DNA of 58,800 nucleotides, filler included. It is 4 parts of 4 records of this genome, joined end to end, with 100 filler letters (N's around TTAATTAATTAA, not from the genome) between each part and the next. Parts side by side here need not be neighbours in the genome. Positions count along the whole stretch, not along the records: positions 1 to 12,708 come from SRR22947725_1180; 3 more parts are not named here. One strand, 5' to 3'. A program made the position numbers and the translations under genes. Numbering within the stretch: position 1 is the stretch's first letter; the number at the start of each line of letters is the position of its first letter. Positions 1-9,813 of this stretch are shown here, piece by piece. A model generated the notes under the pieces. That model was not told where the DNA came from. It made no database searches and saw nothing but the letters and a program-made list of their open reading frames with translations.

Positions 1-105
1 TCCAACAAAGAAAAGGGTTGGCTTTATTTTTATCCCCAAAATGGTGAAGTTGACATCTACAACTTAAACCAAAGGCTTTGGCAAACTCTCAGCAAAAATA
101 AATAG
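1..105 (+). CDS. 3' end of a hypothetical protein (5'-truncated by window edge)
   Basis: Frame 1 is open from base 1 (SNKEKGWLYFYPQNGEVDIYNLNQRLWQTLSKNK) to TAG at 103-105. Confidence 0.5.
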   Translation, partial: SNKEKGWLYFYPQNGEVDIYNLNQRLWQTLSKNK

Positions 106-106
106 G

Positions 107-292
107 TGACTTCCGTATTCGCCGTGCATCGTAAACTCAGTAACATGACCTTGTGTAGGTCCAGGTGGGTACCCTCGTGCCGCCCTTAGTCTTCCGATTT
201 ACGGCTTGACTGCAGACGACTGTCGATAGATTCCCGATTTTGTAGGAGTAAGGAAAAGAACCAAGAAAACTTCTCGCACGAAACAGAAGTCA
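107..292 (-). ncRNA. ssrS: 6S RNA (probable)
   Basis: 186-nt intergenic element. On the minus strand the 5' end TGACTTCTGTTTCGTGC pairs with the 3' end GCACGGCGAATACGGAAGTCA as a closing stem. It contains 6S-like blocks GGGAATC, GGGTACCCACCTGG and 3' ACGGC, and has a promoter-like TTGACC-16-TAGATT just upstream. Confidence 0.75.
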
Positions 293-297
293 ACTTC

Positions 298-325
298 AAT
301 CTATATCATTTACCTTCTAGGTCAA
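298..325 (-). promoter_or_regulatory. sigma70-like promoter for the putative 6S RNA
   Basis: Minus strand TTGACC-N16-TAGATT, with the -10 ending 5 nt before the RNA 5' stem. Confidence 0.45.
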
Positions 326-355
326 GTTGGAGTTAACAGGTAGAGTTATCTCACC

Positions 356-1141
356 TTAATCTTTTAAGGTGTTACGAATGATCGTTGTCGAGCGAGAATA
401 TATAAAATCATACAGTTCACCTGGTTTCTTTTGTTGCCCTTTGATTGATTCCCTTAGCTTTTCATCCTGAATTGAAACTTGGCGAACAAGTAAATAACGG
501 GATGAGTAATCTTCCAGTACACCCGCTTCATTCACAAATCCCTCTGGAGTTTTTCGTTCTATTAAAATTCTACGCCCGCGATATTTCTCTAAGATTGGTT
601 CCCATGCATTGGGAACAAGTTCTGTTAATCCGCTTCCGATTTCGTTCATTCGCTTATCTGAATTCTTTACCTTTCCGACAGTGGAATCTTTACTCATTGC
701 ACCCATAATTGTTTGGGCAGCCTGGCCAAAAGCATCCCGTAACATATTATAAAAATTAAGTATCATTCGATAGAATCTTTGCTTGAAGGAAGGATTTCGG
801 ATACGTTCCAATTCCTCCGCCCATTTCACACCCGCACGGGTATCCACATCGGGTGCAGGACGAATAAAAAAGGGAATTTTATCTACCTCATTGGGGTGAA
901 TCACTAATGATTGTATGTCTCCAAAAGATTTTGCTTTTGGACTTGGAAAAATTAATTCAATCCCTTGGGCAAATATTTTCACCTCTCCATACTGCCATTT
1001 CCCATTCAGGTCTGGTAAAATCACCCGTGTACCATCTAATCTTTTTAAACAATGATCTCGTGCTCGCCTTTTCATAGCAGTACCCAGTAATGCTGAAACA
1101 AATAAAAAAAGTAATGGTAACCAAAATGCAAGAGAGTCCAT
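356..1141 (-). CDS. hypothetical protein with N-terminal membrane anchor
   Basis: 261-aa ORF with N-terminal hydrophobic helix (LAFWLPLLFLFVSALLG) followed by KRR. No recognised domain. Confidence 0.7.
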   Translation of the reverse strand: MDSLAFWLPLLFLFVSALLGTAMKRRARDHCLKRLDGTRVILPDLNGKWQYGEVKIFAQGIELIFPSPKAKSFGDIQSLVIHPNEVDKIPFFIRPAPDVDTRAGVKWAEELERIRNPSFKQRFYRMILNFYNMLRDAFGQAAQTIMGAMSKDSTVGKVKNSDKRMNEIGSGLTELVPNAWEPILEKYRGRRILIERKTPEGFVNEAGVLEDYSSRYLLVRQVSIQDEKLRESIKGQQKKPGELYDFIYSRSTTIIRNTLKD

Positions 1142-1221
1142 ATATCATTTGACTGTGTAAAACTGGAGAGGAAAGACGAGAGAAATTTTACTAATGTCTT
1201 GCATGAATTGCATTCTATTGT

Positions 1222-2256
1222 TTGCATAAACATTCCCTAATTGTTTTAGTCTTGAAAAATTTGCCCTTACTCACCTGTTGCCTTGCTCTTGTTGTCTTTC
1301 TTATTGGTTGTTCTGAAGATACCCCGGAACCGACAAAAGACAGTCCAAAACCTCTTGTTACTAAGCAGGAAAAAGCGGATGTTTCGATACAGAGCGATTT
1401 TGAATTCCCTGATGTTTATGTGGAGGAACTCGACCAAACTCAAGAATTCTACAAGGAACAACACGAAACAAGCTTTAGCTTTGTTACTAAGAAAAATTGG
1501 TTTAGTTATACTGCATCCAAGGATGGTATCCTGACTAAAGTTCTGTTTTTTGGAAAACCCAACTTCCAACCATCCGATCACTATGGCGATTCAATGCATG
1601 GTTTCATTCGCGAAGGAAATCCAGACACAGGTGCAAAATTTGGGGAATGGGACTTATCTCGGGATGATATTGTCAACCAACTTTCAGCACAGGGGATAAA
1701 TGATCGGGAAGCGGGTTGGATTACCATCCGGATGAAAGGTAAGATTCCACAAATTGCGGGAAAAACCTATTTCTTTGTATGTGACAAAATCACAGGTGGT
1801 AAACCTTGGTTTGGTGCCTTTGCATTTGGAGAAGGAAACCCCTACAAGGAAGGAAAGTTTTGGTTACACCCAGATCATGATCTCGTCTTTCGTACTTATG
1901 TAGGCAAAACCCCCGAACAGGTAACGAAAGAACAGAAAAATAATGAGATCACCAAAGCGTTGGGAGTGGAAGAAAATGAGGTACCAATCAATCCAAATGA
2001 CCTCCCCACCCCCTTTCCCATTTCTCAAACAACCAATAATGTTGTCATTCAGCAAGTCGATCCAGTAAAGGAAGCTTTACCTACAATCGAACCAACTAAC
2101 GAACCGAAGAATATTCCAGTTGATGAACAGGTTGCGACACCGGCTATACAAACAGAACAATTAAACCTTATACAAATTCCTTCCGCTGATGATAATGATC
2201 AAAACAAATCGGAAGAGAAAAGGAGTCTGTTTAACCGACTTTTTAAGAAAAAATAG
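1222..2256 (+). CDS. hypothetical lipoprotein (true start may be slightly downstream)
   Basis: Signal peptide with lipobox FLIGC, a central globular domain and a Pro/Glu/Gln-rich tail. Confidence 0.7.
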   Translation: MHKHSLIVLVLKNLPLLTCCLALVVFLIGCSEDTPEPTKDSPKPLVTKQEKADVSIQSDFEFPDVYVEELDQTQEFYKEQHETSFSFVTKKNWFSYTASKDGILTKVLFFGKPNFQPSDHYGDSMHGFIREGNPDTGAKFGEWDLSRDDIVNQLSAQGINDREAGWITIRMKGKIPQIAGKTYFFVCDKITGGKPWFGAFAFGEGNPYKEGKFWLHPDHDLVFRTYVGKTPEQVTKEQKNNEITKALGVEENEVPINPNDLPTPFPISQTTNNVVIQQVDPVKEALPTIEPTNEPKNIPVDEQVATPAIQTEQLNLIQIPSADDNDQNKSEEKRSLFNRLFKKK

Positions 2257-2334
2257 TATCGTTGGAAGTATAATCTACCTTTGATCCAAGGTACTACTTG
2301 CTTAGGGTTAAAATAAAGGGAAATGTAAGCAGAA

Positions 2335-2411
2335 TGGTACCAAAGGGCGGACTTGAACCGCCGACCTCCGCGTTATGAGTGCGGCGCTCTAACCTGCTGA
2401 GCTACTCTGGC
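2335..2411 (-). tRNA. tRNA with CAT anticodon (elongator Met or Ile2; not fMet-like)
   Basis: Reverse complement folds as GCCAGAG-TA-GCTC..GAGC-CCGCA-CTCATAA-CGCGG-..GGCGG-TTCAAGT-CCGCC-CTTTGGT-A-CCA. It lacks the GGG/CCC anticodon stem of initiator tRNA. Confidence 0.95.
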
Positions 2412-2549
2412 AAATGGTGATATTTAATTTATCCAAATTTAAGAAATCGTCAATAATAAGCTTTGGCAAAAAGAAAAACATATCTTTAACCTTTACCATT
2501 TTCAACATTAAGCAATGATCTAGCTCTTTTAACTCTTTTTTTATTACTC

Positions 2550-4113
2550 GTGATTTCAAAACAAGCTTCCATTCTTATTATAGATGATGACGCTGAGATA
2601 AGGTATTCTTTAGACCGTGTTCTTAGCACAATGGGTCACCGGATAATTTCCGCTGATTCCGGAGAACAGGGCATTAAAACAGCCCGAGAAGAAAAGGCAG
2701 ATCTTATCTTTCTCGATAACCGAATGGAAGGAATATCGGGAATCGAGACCTTACAACATCTTCGTAGTGCTGCACCCGATTCCATGGTCATTTTAATGAC
2801 CGCCTATGGCACGACACAGACTGCAATTGAAGCCATGAAGCACGGCGCATTTGATTATGTGCTTAAACCTTTTGATTTAAAAAAGCTTAAAGAATTAGTG
2901 GACCGTGCACTCAAGGCAGGAAGAGACTCGGTAAGCCCTGAAGATGCTTACGAACACCTTTTAAACTCTTCTGATTATGCAGAGGGAATTGTGGGTAGTG
3001 GAGAAAAAATGCAACAAGTACTCAAAAAAGTCGGCCAGGTTGCGGCTTCTGAAGCAACTATTATGGTGACAGGAGAGAGCGGTACAGGAAAAGAATTAAT
3101 TGCTCGATGTATTCATCGACATAGCTATCGCTCAGACTCTACATTTCATGCTGTCAATTGTGCGGCAATTCCAGAAAACTTGATCGAAAGTGAATTATTT
3201 GGGCATGAAAAAGGATCATTTACTGGAGCAACCGATGCCAAAGCTGGTCAATTTGAACTTTGCCATAAAGGCACTCTTTTTTTAGACGAAATTGGGGATA
3301 TGGGCTTGCCCACTCAGACTAAGATCCTACGAGCAATTCAAGAAGGTGAAATTCAAAGAGTGGGTGCGACCAAAACGAAAAAGGTCGATGTTCGATTGAT
3401 TGCAGCTACTCACAAGAACCTGGAAGAAATGGTAAAAACAAAGGAATTTCGAGAAGACCTTTACTATCGACTCAATGTGGTTCGTATCGAGACTCCACCG
3501 TTACGGGAAAGAATGGAAGATTTGCCCGAGTTAATTGATTTCATGCTTCAACGTTTAAATAAAAATCAATCAACTGGAACTACTGAGATATCGAAGGAAG
3601 CAATGCTCTTTTTGACGAAATATAATTGGCCCGGTAATGTACGGGAATTGGAAAATGTTCTTCATTCAGCTTCCGTAATCTCGAAAGGCAAGCGTATCCT
3701 TACCAAAGACTTACCAAATACAGTAATCGAAAAAGTGGAAAGTGAATCCCCCCCCCCCGCTATCCGGGCCAAGCGATGCCAATGAAGTAAAGATATTAGC
3801 TGAATTACCTATTTCGGAAAACAACATCTCTAAAGAAACTGCGTCTAATTCGATGCCTTCTTTTGGAGATAATTCCAAAAATTCGCTTCCTGCCTCCCCG
3901 CCGAGTTCAATTTCTGCAAATGAAGCTTATGACATTGCATATGCTAGTGCACGAGCGACAACGGACACTAATTTATTGGAAGTGGTAGAAAAAGAAATTA
4001 TCCAAAGGTCCCTGAAAGAAAGCGGTGGAAATCAAGTTAAAGCATCCGCAATGCTTGGGATTACTCGTGCGACTTTGCGAAAGCGTATTGATGCACATAG
4101 TATAAGGTATTGA
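2550..4113 (+). CDS. sigma54-dependent NtrC-family response regulator (receiver-AAA+-Fis HTH), frameshifted at C11 tract 3748-3758
   Basis: Receiver (IIDDD, FLDNRM), Walker [15 protein letters not shown] (GAFTGA-like) and WPGNVREL in ORF 2550-3785. The Fis-type HTH ([20 protein letters not shown]) lies in the +1 frame ORF 3742-4113. Confidence 0.85.
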
Positions 4114-4185
4114 TTTAATTTTATTCTTTGCCAATCTAAGAAGTTCTACAATTTATTTTCATCATCGGCTAACAATCATTCCTAC

Positions 4186-5427
4186 ATGCTACAAGAAAGA
4201 ATCGTAATTACAGGTATCGGTCTAACCAGCCCACTCGGAAACGACCTCGCAAGTTTTCGGGAAAAACTCCTGGCGGGAGAAAGTGGCGTAAGTACTTTTC
4301 CAGTCCGGAATATGGGAGATCAACCCGCTGGAGTTTGTGATTTTGAACAGACTAAGTACCAAAAAAGAAAAGAAGTCCGCATTGGTACCCGGGCGGGCGG
4401 AATTGGTATTTACTGTGCTCATGAGGCATTGGCAAACGCAGGACTATCTTTATCAGAAATTGATCCTTCCAAAGTGGGAGTTTATCTTGGAATAACTGAG
4501 CATGGAAATGTGGAAACTGAAACTGAGGTTTGCCAACTTTTTGATCACTACAGCGAGGAAGTTAAATATTGGAGCCACCATCATAATCCCCGTACTGTTG
4601 CCAACAACCCTGCCGGTGAGATTACCATCAATCTCGGATTAACGGGACCACACTACACTGTTGGTGCCGCCTGTGCCGCCGGTAATGCAGGGATAATCCA
4701 GGGGGTTCAAATGTTAAGTTTGGGAGAGTGTGACTGGGCACTGGCAGGCGGAGTAAGCGAGAGTATACGAGCCTATGGAATTTTTGCCGGTTTTAAGAGT
4801 CAGGGTGCATTGGCAGCCCACGAGGATCCTACAAAAGCAAGTCGACCATTCGATCGGGGTCGGAATGGAATTGTTGTCAGTGAGGGTGGATGTATCTATG
4901 TGCTTGAACGCTTAAAAGATGCCCTCAAAAGAGGAGCAAATATCATTGCGGAAATTATGGGGTACCGCATTAATTCGGATGGTACAGACTATGTTTTACC
5001 AAATCCTGAAAGGCAGGAACAATGTATCAGACAAGCCTTAGATCGAGCTGAAATTGAAGCGTCGATGGTAGATTTAGTCAGTTCTCATGCGACTTCTACG
5101 CCACAGGGTGACGAGCAGGAATGCAAGGCCCTAAGGAATGTATTTAGTGAAGAAACAGGTACTTTAATTAATAATACCAAGAGTTTTATTGGTCATTCCA
5201 TGGGTGCAGCAGGTGCTCTGGAATTAGCGGGAAACATTCCTTCCTTTATAGACGGAACTGCTCATGGAACTATTAATTTGGATGACTTGGATCCTTCCTG
5301 TGCTCTCCCAGGGCTAGTTATGAACGAAGCCAAAGAAAAAAAAGGAGGAATTAATGTCATTCTTAATAATTCTTTTGGAATGCTTGGAATCAATTCAGTT
5401 CTTATCTTGAAAAAATTTGTAGGGTAG
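4186..5427 (+). CDS. beta-ketoacyl-ACP synthase (FabF-like paralog)
   Basis: Catalytic Cys (ACAAG), His (SHATST) and His (KSFIGHSMGAAG), plus SRPFD and NSFG. Distinct WSHHHNPRTVANNPAGE segment. Confidence 0.92.
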   Translation: MLQERIVITGIGLTSPLGNDLASFREKLLAGESGVSTFPVRNMGDQPAGVCDFEQTKYQKRKEVRIGTRAGGIGIYCAHEALANAGLSLSEIDPSKVGVYLGITEHGNVETETEVCQLFDHYSEEVKYWSHHHNPRTVANNPAGEITINLGLTGPHYTVGAACAAGNAGIIQGVQMLSLGECDWALAGGVSESIRAYGIFAGFKSQGALAAHEDPTKASRPFDRGRNGIVVSEGGCIYVLERLKDALKRGANIIAEIMGYRINSDGTDYVLPNPERQEQCIRQALDRAEIEASMVDLVSSHATSTPQGDEQECKALRNVFSEETGTLINNTKSFIGHSMGAAGALELAGNIPSFIDGTAHGTINLDDLDPSCALPGLVMNEAKEKKGGINVILNNSFGMLGINSVLILKKFVG

Positions 5428-5452
5428 TATAAGAAGGATAATTAATTTACTC

Positions 5453-5710
5453 ATGAATAAGGATAAAGTTAAACAAATCGTACTCGACATAATTGCAGAA
5501 ATCGCTCCCGATGAGGACTTGAGCGATGTGAAGCCAGAAATTCGGTTGCGTGATCAACTCGACTTAGACTCGATGGACTTTCTTGATATTGTTATGGAAC
5601 TTCGCAAGCAACATAGCATTGATGTTCCGGAAGCGGAGTACAGACAGCTTGAATCCTTAGAAAGTTGTGGAAACTATCTTTTGCCCAAGTTCGAAGCTAC
5701 GGCCGCATAA
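5453..5710 (+). CDS. acyl carrier protein (second, atypical DSMD motif)
   Basis: 85 aa, acidic, with LDLDSMDFLDIVMEL phosphopantetheine site. Confidence 0.92.
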   Translation: MNKDKVKQIVLDIIAEIAPDEDLSDVKPEIRLRDQLDLDSMDFLDIVMELRKQHSIDVPEAEYRQLESLESCGNYLLPKFEATAA

Positions 5711-5748
5711 TTACTAGTCCATGATTGGACTAAAAGTAAGATCCTAAT

Positions 5749-7179
5749 ATTCAGACGAAAGAAAATCACTTCGAAGTTGCCATAATTGGTGCTGGTCTAT
5801 CTGGACTTTCTGCGGCCGTAAGGTTGGCAATGTTCGGTAAAAAAGTGATTATTGTAGAGAAACATTTTGTTGTGGGTGGTCTAAATAGTTTCTTCGCAAG
5901 AAAGGGAAGAAAATTTGATGTCGGCCTTCATGCCGTCACCAATTTTCCATCACCATCTTCCGGGAAAGCCTCTCCCCTTCTGCGTGCCTGTAGGCAACTT
6001 CGTATTCCCTTCGATAGTTTAAACTTATATCCACAAAGCACATCGAGAATAAGCTTTGGCAATCGAGACATTCGATTTAACAACGATTTCGATTTTTTTC
6101 TGTCCGAGATTGAAACAATTTTCCCAAAAGAAATAAACAACTTTCAAGCTTTGCTCGAAAAAATGGATGCCTTTGACGCTTATTCTGTTGATGTTCCCGA
6201 CCTGTCTACCCGGGCAATCCTGAATGACATTTTTGCCGATCCACTCCTCGGGGAAATGCTACTTTGTCCAACCTGCTATTATGGCTCTGCTCAAGAAAAT
6301 GATATTGATTTCGCAACTTTTGTGATGCTCTTCGATGCTATTTTTAAACAAGGCCTTGCCCGCCCCAATTTGGGAATACGGGCATTGTTAGATCCCTTAG
6401 TAAAGAAAATTGATGAACTTGGAGTCACGAGATTGATGAATTCAGGAGTTCAAAAAATTAATTCCAACCATGAATTAGCAACTGAAATTGTCATGGAAAG
6501 TGGAGAGATTTTTACTGCTGATCAAATAATTTCAACTTGCGGGGTGGTCGAAACCGAAGAACTATTCAATTCTAAGGAATTAAATTCGACTCAAACTGAG
6601 GAAGGGAAATTCTCAGTGATTGAAACTATTTCTGTATTTAATGGAAAGCCCAGCGATTTCGGATGGGATGAAACCATTGTTTTTTTCAATGATAGTGAAA
6701 AGTTTCGATATGAACAGCCCGAAGGAAGTATTGATCTTTCCTCCGGAGTTATATGCCTACCTGAAAATTACCAAGACCCTCAAAATGTGGATATTGAAGA
6801 AGCAAGATTGAGAATAACCAATCCAGCTAATTTTTCAAAATGGACCTCGTTTAAGGACGAGGAATATGAGCAAGAAAAAGAAAAATGCGAATCTCAAATG
6901 AGAGACAAAGCATTAAGCTATCTCCCCAATGGTAATATTCAAAAAAACGATTTCCTTAGTGCAACGCTGATGACTGACACATTCACACCTAGGACAATAA
7001 AAAAGTACACTCACCATGCCAACGGTGCATTGTATGGATCTCCCAAAAAGAGTCGAACTGGTTCAACTTCTCTCAAAAATCTGTATTTAGCTGGGACAGA
7101 TCAGGGCTATATCGGGATAGTTGGGGCTATGCTCGGAGGTATTGCAGTGGCAAACAACCGAATACTTCGCCCAACTTAA
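5749..7179 (+). CDS. phytoene dehydrogenase-like FAD-dependent oxidoreductase (start uncertain)
   Basis: The in-frame region upstream of the TTG at 5824 encodes FEVAIIGAGLSGLSAAVRL (GxGxxG). Also GGLNS, FDVGLHA, FTPRT..YT, GALYG and LYLAGTDQG..GIVGAM. Confidence 0.85.
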   Translation: MQTKENHFEVAIIGAGLSGLSAAVRLAMFGKKVIIVEKHFVVGGLNSFFARKGRKFDVGLHAVTNFPSPSSGKASPLLRACRQLRIPFDSLNLYPQSTSRISFGNRDIRFNNDFDFFLSEIETIFPKEINNFQALLEKMDAFDAYSVDVPDLSTRAILNDIFADPLLGEMLLCPTCYYGSAQENDIDFATFVMLFDAIFKQGLARPNLGIRALLDPLVKKIDELGVTRLMNSGVQKINSNHELATEIVMESGEIFTADQIISTCGVVETEELFNSKELNSTQTEEGKFSVIETISVFNGKPSDFGWDETIVFFNDSEKFRYEQPEGSIDLSSGVICLPENYQDPQNVDIEEARLRITNPANFSKWTSFKDEEYEQEKEKCESQMRDKALSYLPNGNIQKNDFLSATLMTDTFTPRTIKKYTHHANGALYGSPKKSRTGSTSLKNLYLAGTDQGYIGIVGAMLGGIAVANNRILRPT

Positions 7180-7622
7180 ACAATTTCCTCGATTAGTCTT
7201 TCCTGAATTTCCGCCATGAGCAGGTAGGAGAAATAACCGATTCTTACTTCAGGCTTACTCGATGTGAGGGAAGGCATTCCAGACTCCAGTTCTTCATCGG
7301 CAACACTCTTTAAGGAAGTTTTTCGAATCGTAAAGCGAATCTCCGTCAGTCCACGCAATAAATCGTCCACATCGTCCTCTTCCACCTCTACCCTACCGTA
7401 AGGAAGTCGTGGACTCTTCAGCAAGCGTGCCAAAGCATTTCGATCTCCCTTTGCTTCCTCTTTAAGACCGTCGGTCCAAGATTCTTTAAGTTCCGGATCA
7501 TCAAGGTCAGGAAAGAGGTCGGGAAATTCTTCGACTTTCGCGGATAATGCAAAAAGTTTTCCCATCTCCGGTAGGATCGCCTGAATAATATGACACTCAA
7601 CCTGTAGGCTAAACTCAATCAT
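7176..7622 (-). CDS. DUF2017-like protein downstream of clpS
   Basis: ATG at 7622 overlaps the clpS 3' end, giving an acidic helical 148-aa protein. The family assignment comes from synteny with clpS. Confidence 0.6.
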   Translation of the reverse strand: MIEFSLQVECHIIQAILPEMGKLFALSAKVEEFPDLFPDLDDPELKESWTDGLKEEAKGDRNALARLLKSPRLPYGRVEVEEDDVDDLLRGLTEIRFTIRKTSLKSVADEELESGMPSLTSSKPEVRIGYFSYLLMAEIQERLIEEIV

Positions 7623-7923
7623 CTTTTTCCAAAATTGTTTGCAAACGCCAGCGTTGTAATTGGTACGCATAGTTCTCTGCCTGCTCTCTTTCTCCGACCC
7701 ACAGAACTGATTTTCCCAATTCATGTACCTCCATCATATGTTTTGTCGCCTTGGTATCGTTATACCCAAATACTTTCCGAAATACCATGACCACATAATT
7801 CATTAAGTTGACTGGATCATTGAGTACAATGACCTTCCAAGGGGTGGCAAGTCGTTCATCTAAATCAGTTGATTCCTCCAGTATTGGAGTCGCTAATGTA
7901 GAGTAAAGTATATCAGGAGTCAT
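7615..7923 (-). CDS. clpS: ATP-dependent Clp protease adaptor ClpS
   Basis: WKVIVLNDPVNLMNYVV and MMEVHELGKS motifs. Confidence 0.93.
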   Translation of the reverse strand: MTPDILYSTLATPILEESTDLDERLATPWKVIVLNDPVNLMNYVVMVFRKVFGYNDTKATKHMMEVHELGKSVLWVGEREQAENYAYQLQRWRLQTILEKDD

Positions 7924-8000
7924 GAAGAAGATATAAATAAAGAAAGTTTTAATAAATTCCGAATGTAAAAATACACATTATTCTCCCGGAATGAGTTTCC

Positions 8001-9416
8001 GTGCTTGCATCAATGCATTTAAAACAATTTTTTAATACTATGATAAAAATTCCCGCATTCATTATTGGTGGATTGTTAATCTTAACAGGAATCGCAGGAT
8101 ACCTGTTCCAAGAACCTGGACTTTCCATAAAGATAACAGGGCCGTTGGCGGAGGATGCACAACTGACTCTGTCAGATGGCAATCAGAGCCATGAGCTCGA
8201 TCTTGGCTTTGCATCCAGTGATGCAGCCGGGGAACATGCCTATTGGATGATATATAATTTAAATCGAAACCACGCCAAAGATGCATCACAGGGGAATTAT
8301 GCCATTGAAAATGGTGCAACCGATCGAGGTTATATCAAAAAATCTTTTTGGTATGCCTCTTCAAAGGGAGAAACCATGAAGGCACTGACACAGGAATCAG
8401 ATAATTTCCAAGGAGCTGGAGATGGGGATTCCGTTGAAATTGACTGGGCTAATGTGGACCAGAATTCTTCCAAGGTACGCTTTATATATAAAGAATTTGC
8501 TAATTCGCCCGGTCCAATCACTCTCCAATCTAACAATTGGAAAAATATTGATATCACTCCCAAACCAAAACCAAACGAGAAAATCGAATTTGGGACAAGT
8601 GGGACAGCATTCATACCAGGAATCTTAGGAATTATATTAATATTACTCACTTTAGGTGCAGACAAATTCCCCAAAGCACATAAGCATTTCATGCATGCTG
8701 CTGTTTTGGTGGCCTTAATTTGCTTTTTTGTAGTCACAAAAATGCTTCTAGGTGCATACTCGGAAATGACTTGGCTAAAAGAAGAGCCTTTCATGATCAT
8801 TCAAATATCGAGTCTCAAACCAACGGTCATGCTTCTTTCTTCTGGTTTACTCTTGATCTTCGTGATTCTTTGCGTTGTCTCTTTCATCGAAGCTCGGAAA
8901 AACCGCGTGGCAGAGGAGGCAAAAAAGGCAAAATTAAAACCGGCAAAGAAAGAACATAAGGAAAAGGTAATCCACAAGACCGACTCCGATGACACGAAGA
9001 GCAAAGAGTCAATTGATAGTAAAAAGGAAGATAGAAAAGATTCCAAAAAGCCATCGGGTGAATCGAAAACAAGTTCCTCTTCCTCGAGTGAAGGAAAAAG
9101 CCCTAATTCTGCTGCGCCTAAAGATTCAACTGATAAATCTATCCGTGCGAACGAAAAGAAAGATACTCAGATCAAATCGGATATTTCAAAAGACGGTAAA
9201 AGTGAGCCAAGTTCTGAAAAAGAAAAATCGGAATCCAAGAGCGCTGCTTCAAATGTAAAGCGAAGTACTAAGGAAAGTACCCAAGTGGGTACCCCTCCTT
9301 CTCAGTACGAAGACGAACTGAATAAAAAACCATCCAATGAAAGACCTTCAGGGTCCGATTCAAATGAAAAACCGGAAAAAAAGAACCCGTCCGAAAATGA
9401 GAAGAAAAGCAAGTAA
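8001..9416 (+). CDS. hypothetical membrane protein with soluble insert and long K/S/E-rich disordered tail (start probably ATG 8040)
   Basis: One N-terminal TM, about 160 aa soluble, three more TMs, then about 170 aa of low-complexity charged tail. Confidence 0.75.
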   Translation: MLASMHLKQFFNTMIKIPAFIIGGLLILTGIAGYLFQEPGLSIKITGPLAEDAQLTLSDGNQSHELDLGFASSDAAGEHAYWMIYNLNRNHAKDASQGNYAIENGATDRGYIKKSFWYASSKGETMKALTQESDNFQGAGDGDSVEIDWANVDQNSSKVRFIYKEFANSPGPITLQSNNWKNIDITPKPKPNEKIEFGTSGTAFIPGILGIILILLTLGADKFPKAHKHFMHAAVLVALICFFVVTKMLLGAYSEMTWLKEEPFMIIQISSLKPTVMLLSSGLLLIFVILCVVSFIEARKNRVAEEAKKAKLKPAKKEHKEKVIHKTDSDDTKSKESIDSKKEDRKDSKKPSGESKTSSSSSSEGKSPNSAAPKDSTDKSIRANEKKDTQIKSDISKDGKSEPSSEKEKSESKSAASNVKRSTKESTQVGTPPSQYEDELNKKPSNERPSGSDSNEKPEKKNPSENEKKSK

Positions 9417-9813
9417 TCACTTGTTGGAAATTTAAACTTCTTTTATTGTTGCTCATGTCTTCTAAAAGTTGACATGGGAGTTTATTTTTTCTTGGTAAGA
9501 TTGGCTCTGCCCCTAAGGAGAGAAAATTGCTGTAAATTGATTGTGGGGTAAAAGATCACTTTTCATGATCTTTCCTTTCCATTATTTCCATTCGATGCAA
9601 CGACCCACTACTAAGAGTTTGCTTAGTATTAAGGTGAGTAGAAATCTACCATTTGTGTTACACGGAACTTATCAAGTAAAGTGTGTTGGCACTTTTTGTG
9701 GTTGTAGTGACCCTATTTTCAGAGGAATTGACTCGGTACGAAATAGAGCGGAAACAAAATAAAATCTTAATGAAGAAAGACTTATATTAAATTAAAATAC
9801 TACTAAACAGAAA

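Noticed and set aside
9417-9813. 73-aa ORF 9541-9762 or an ncRNA/integration scar next to tRNA-Arg
   Set aside because: No motif, stable structure, tRNA 3'-end duplication or integrase is visible.
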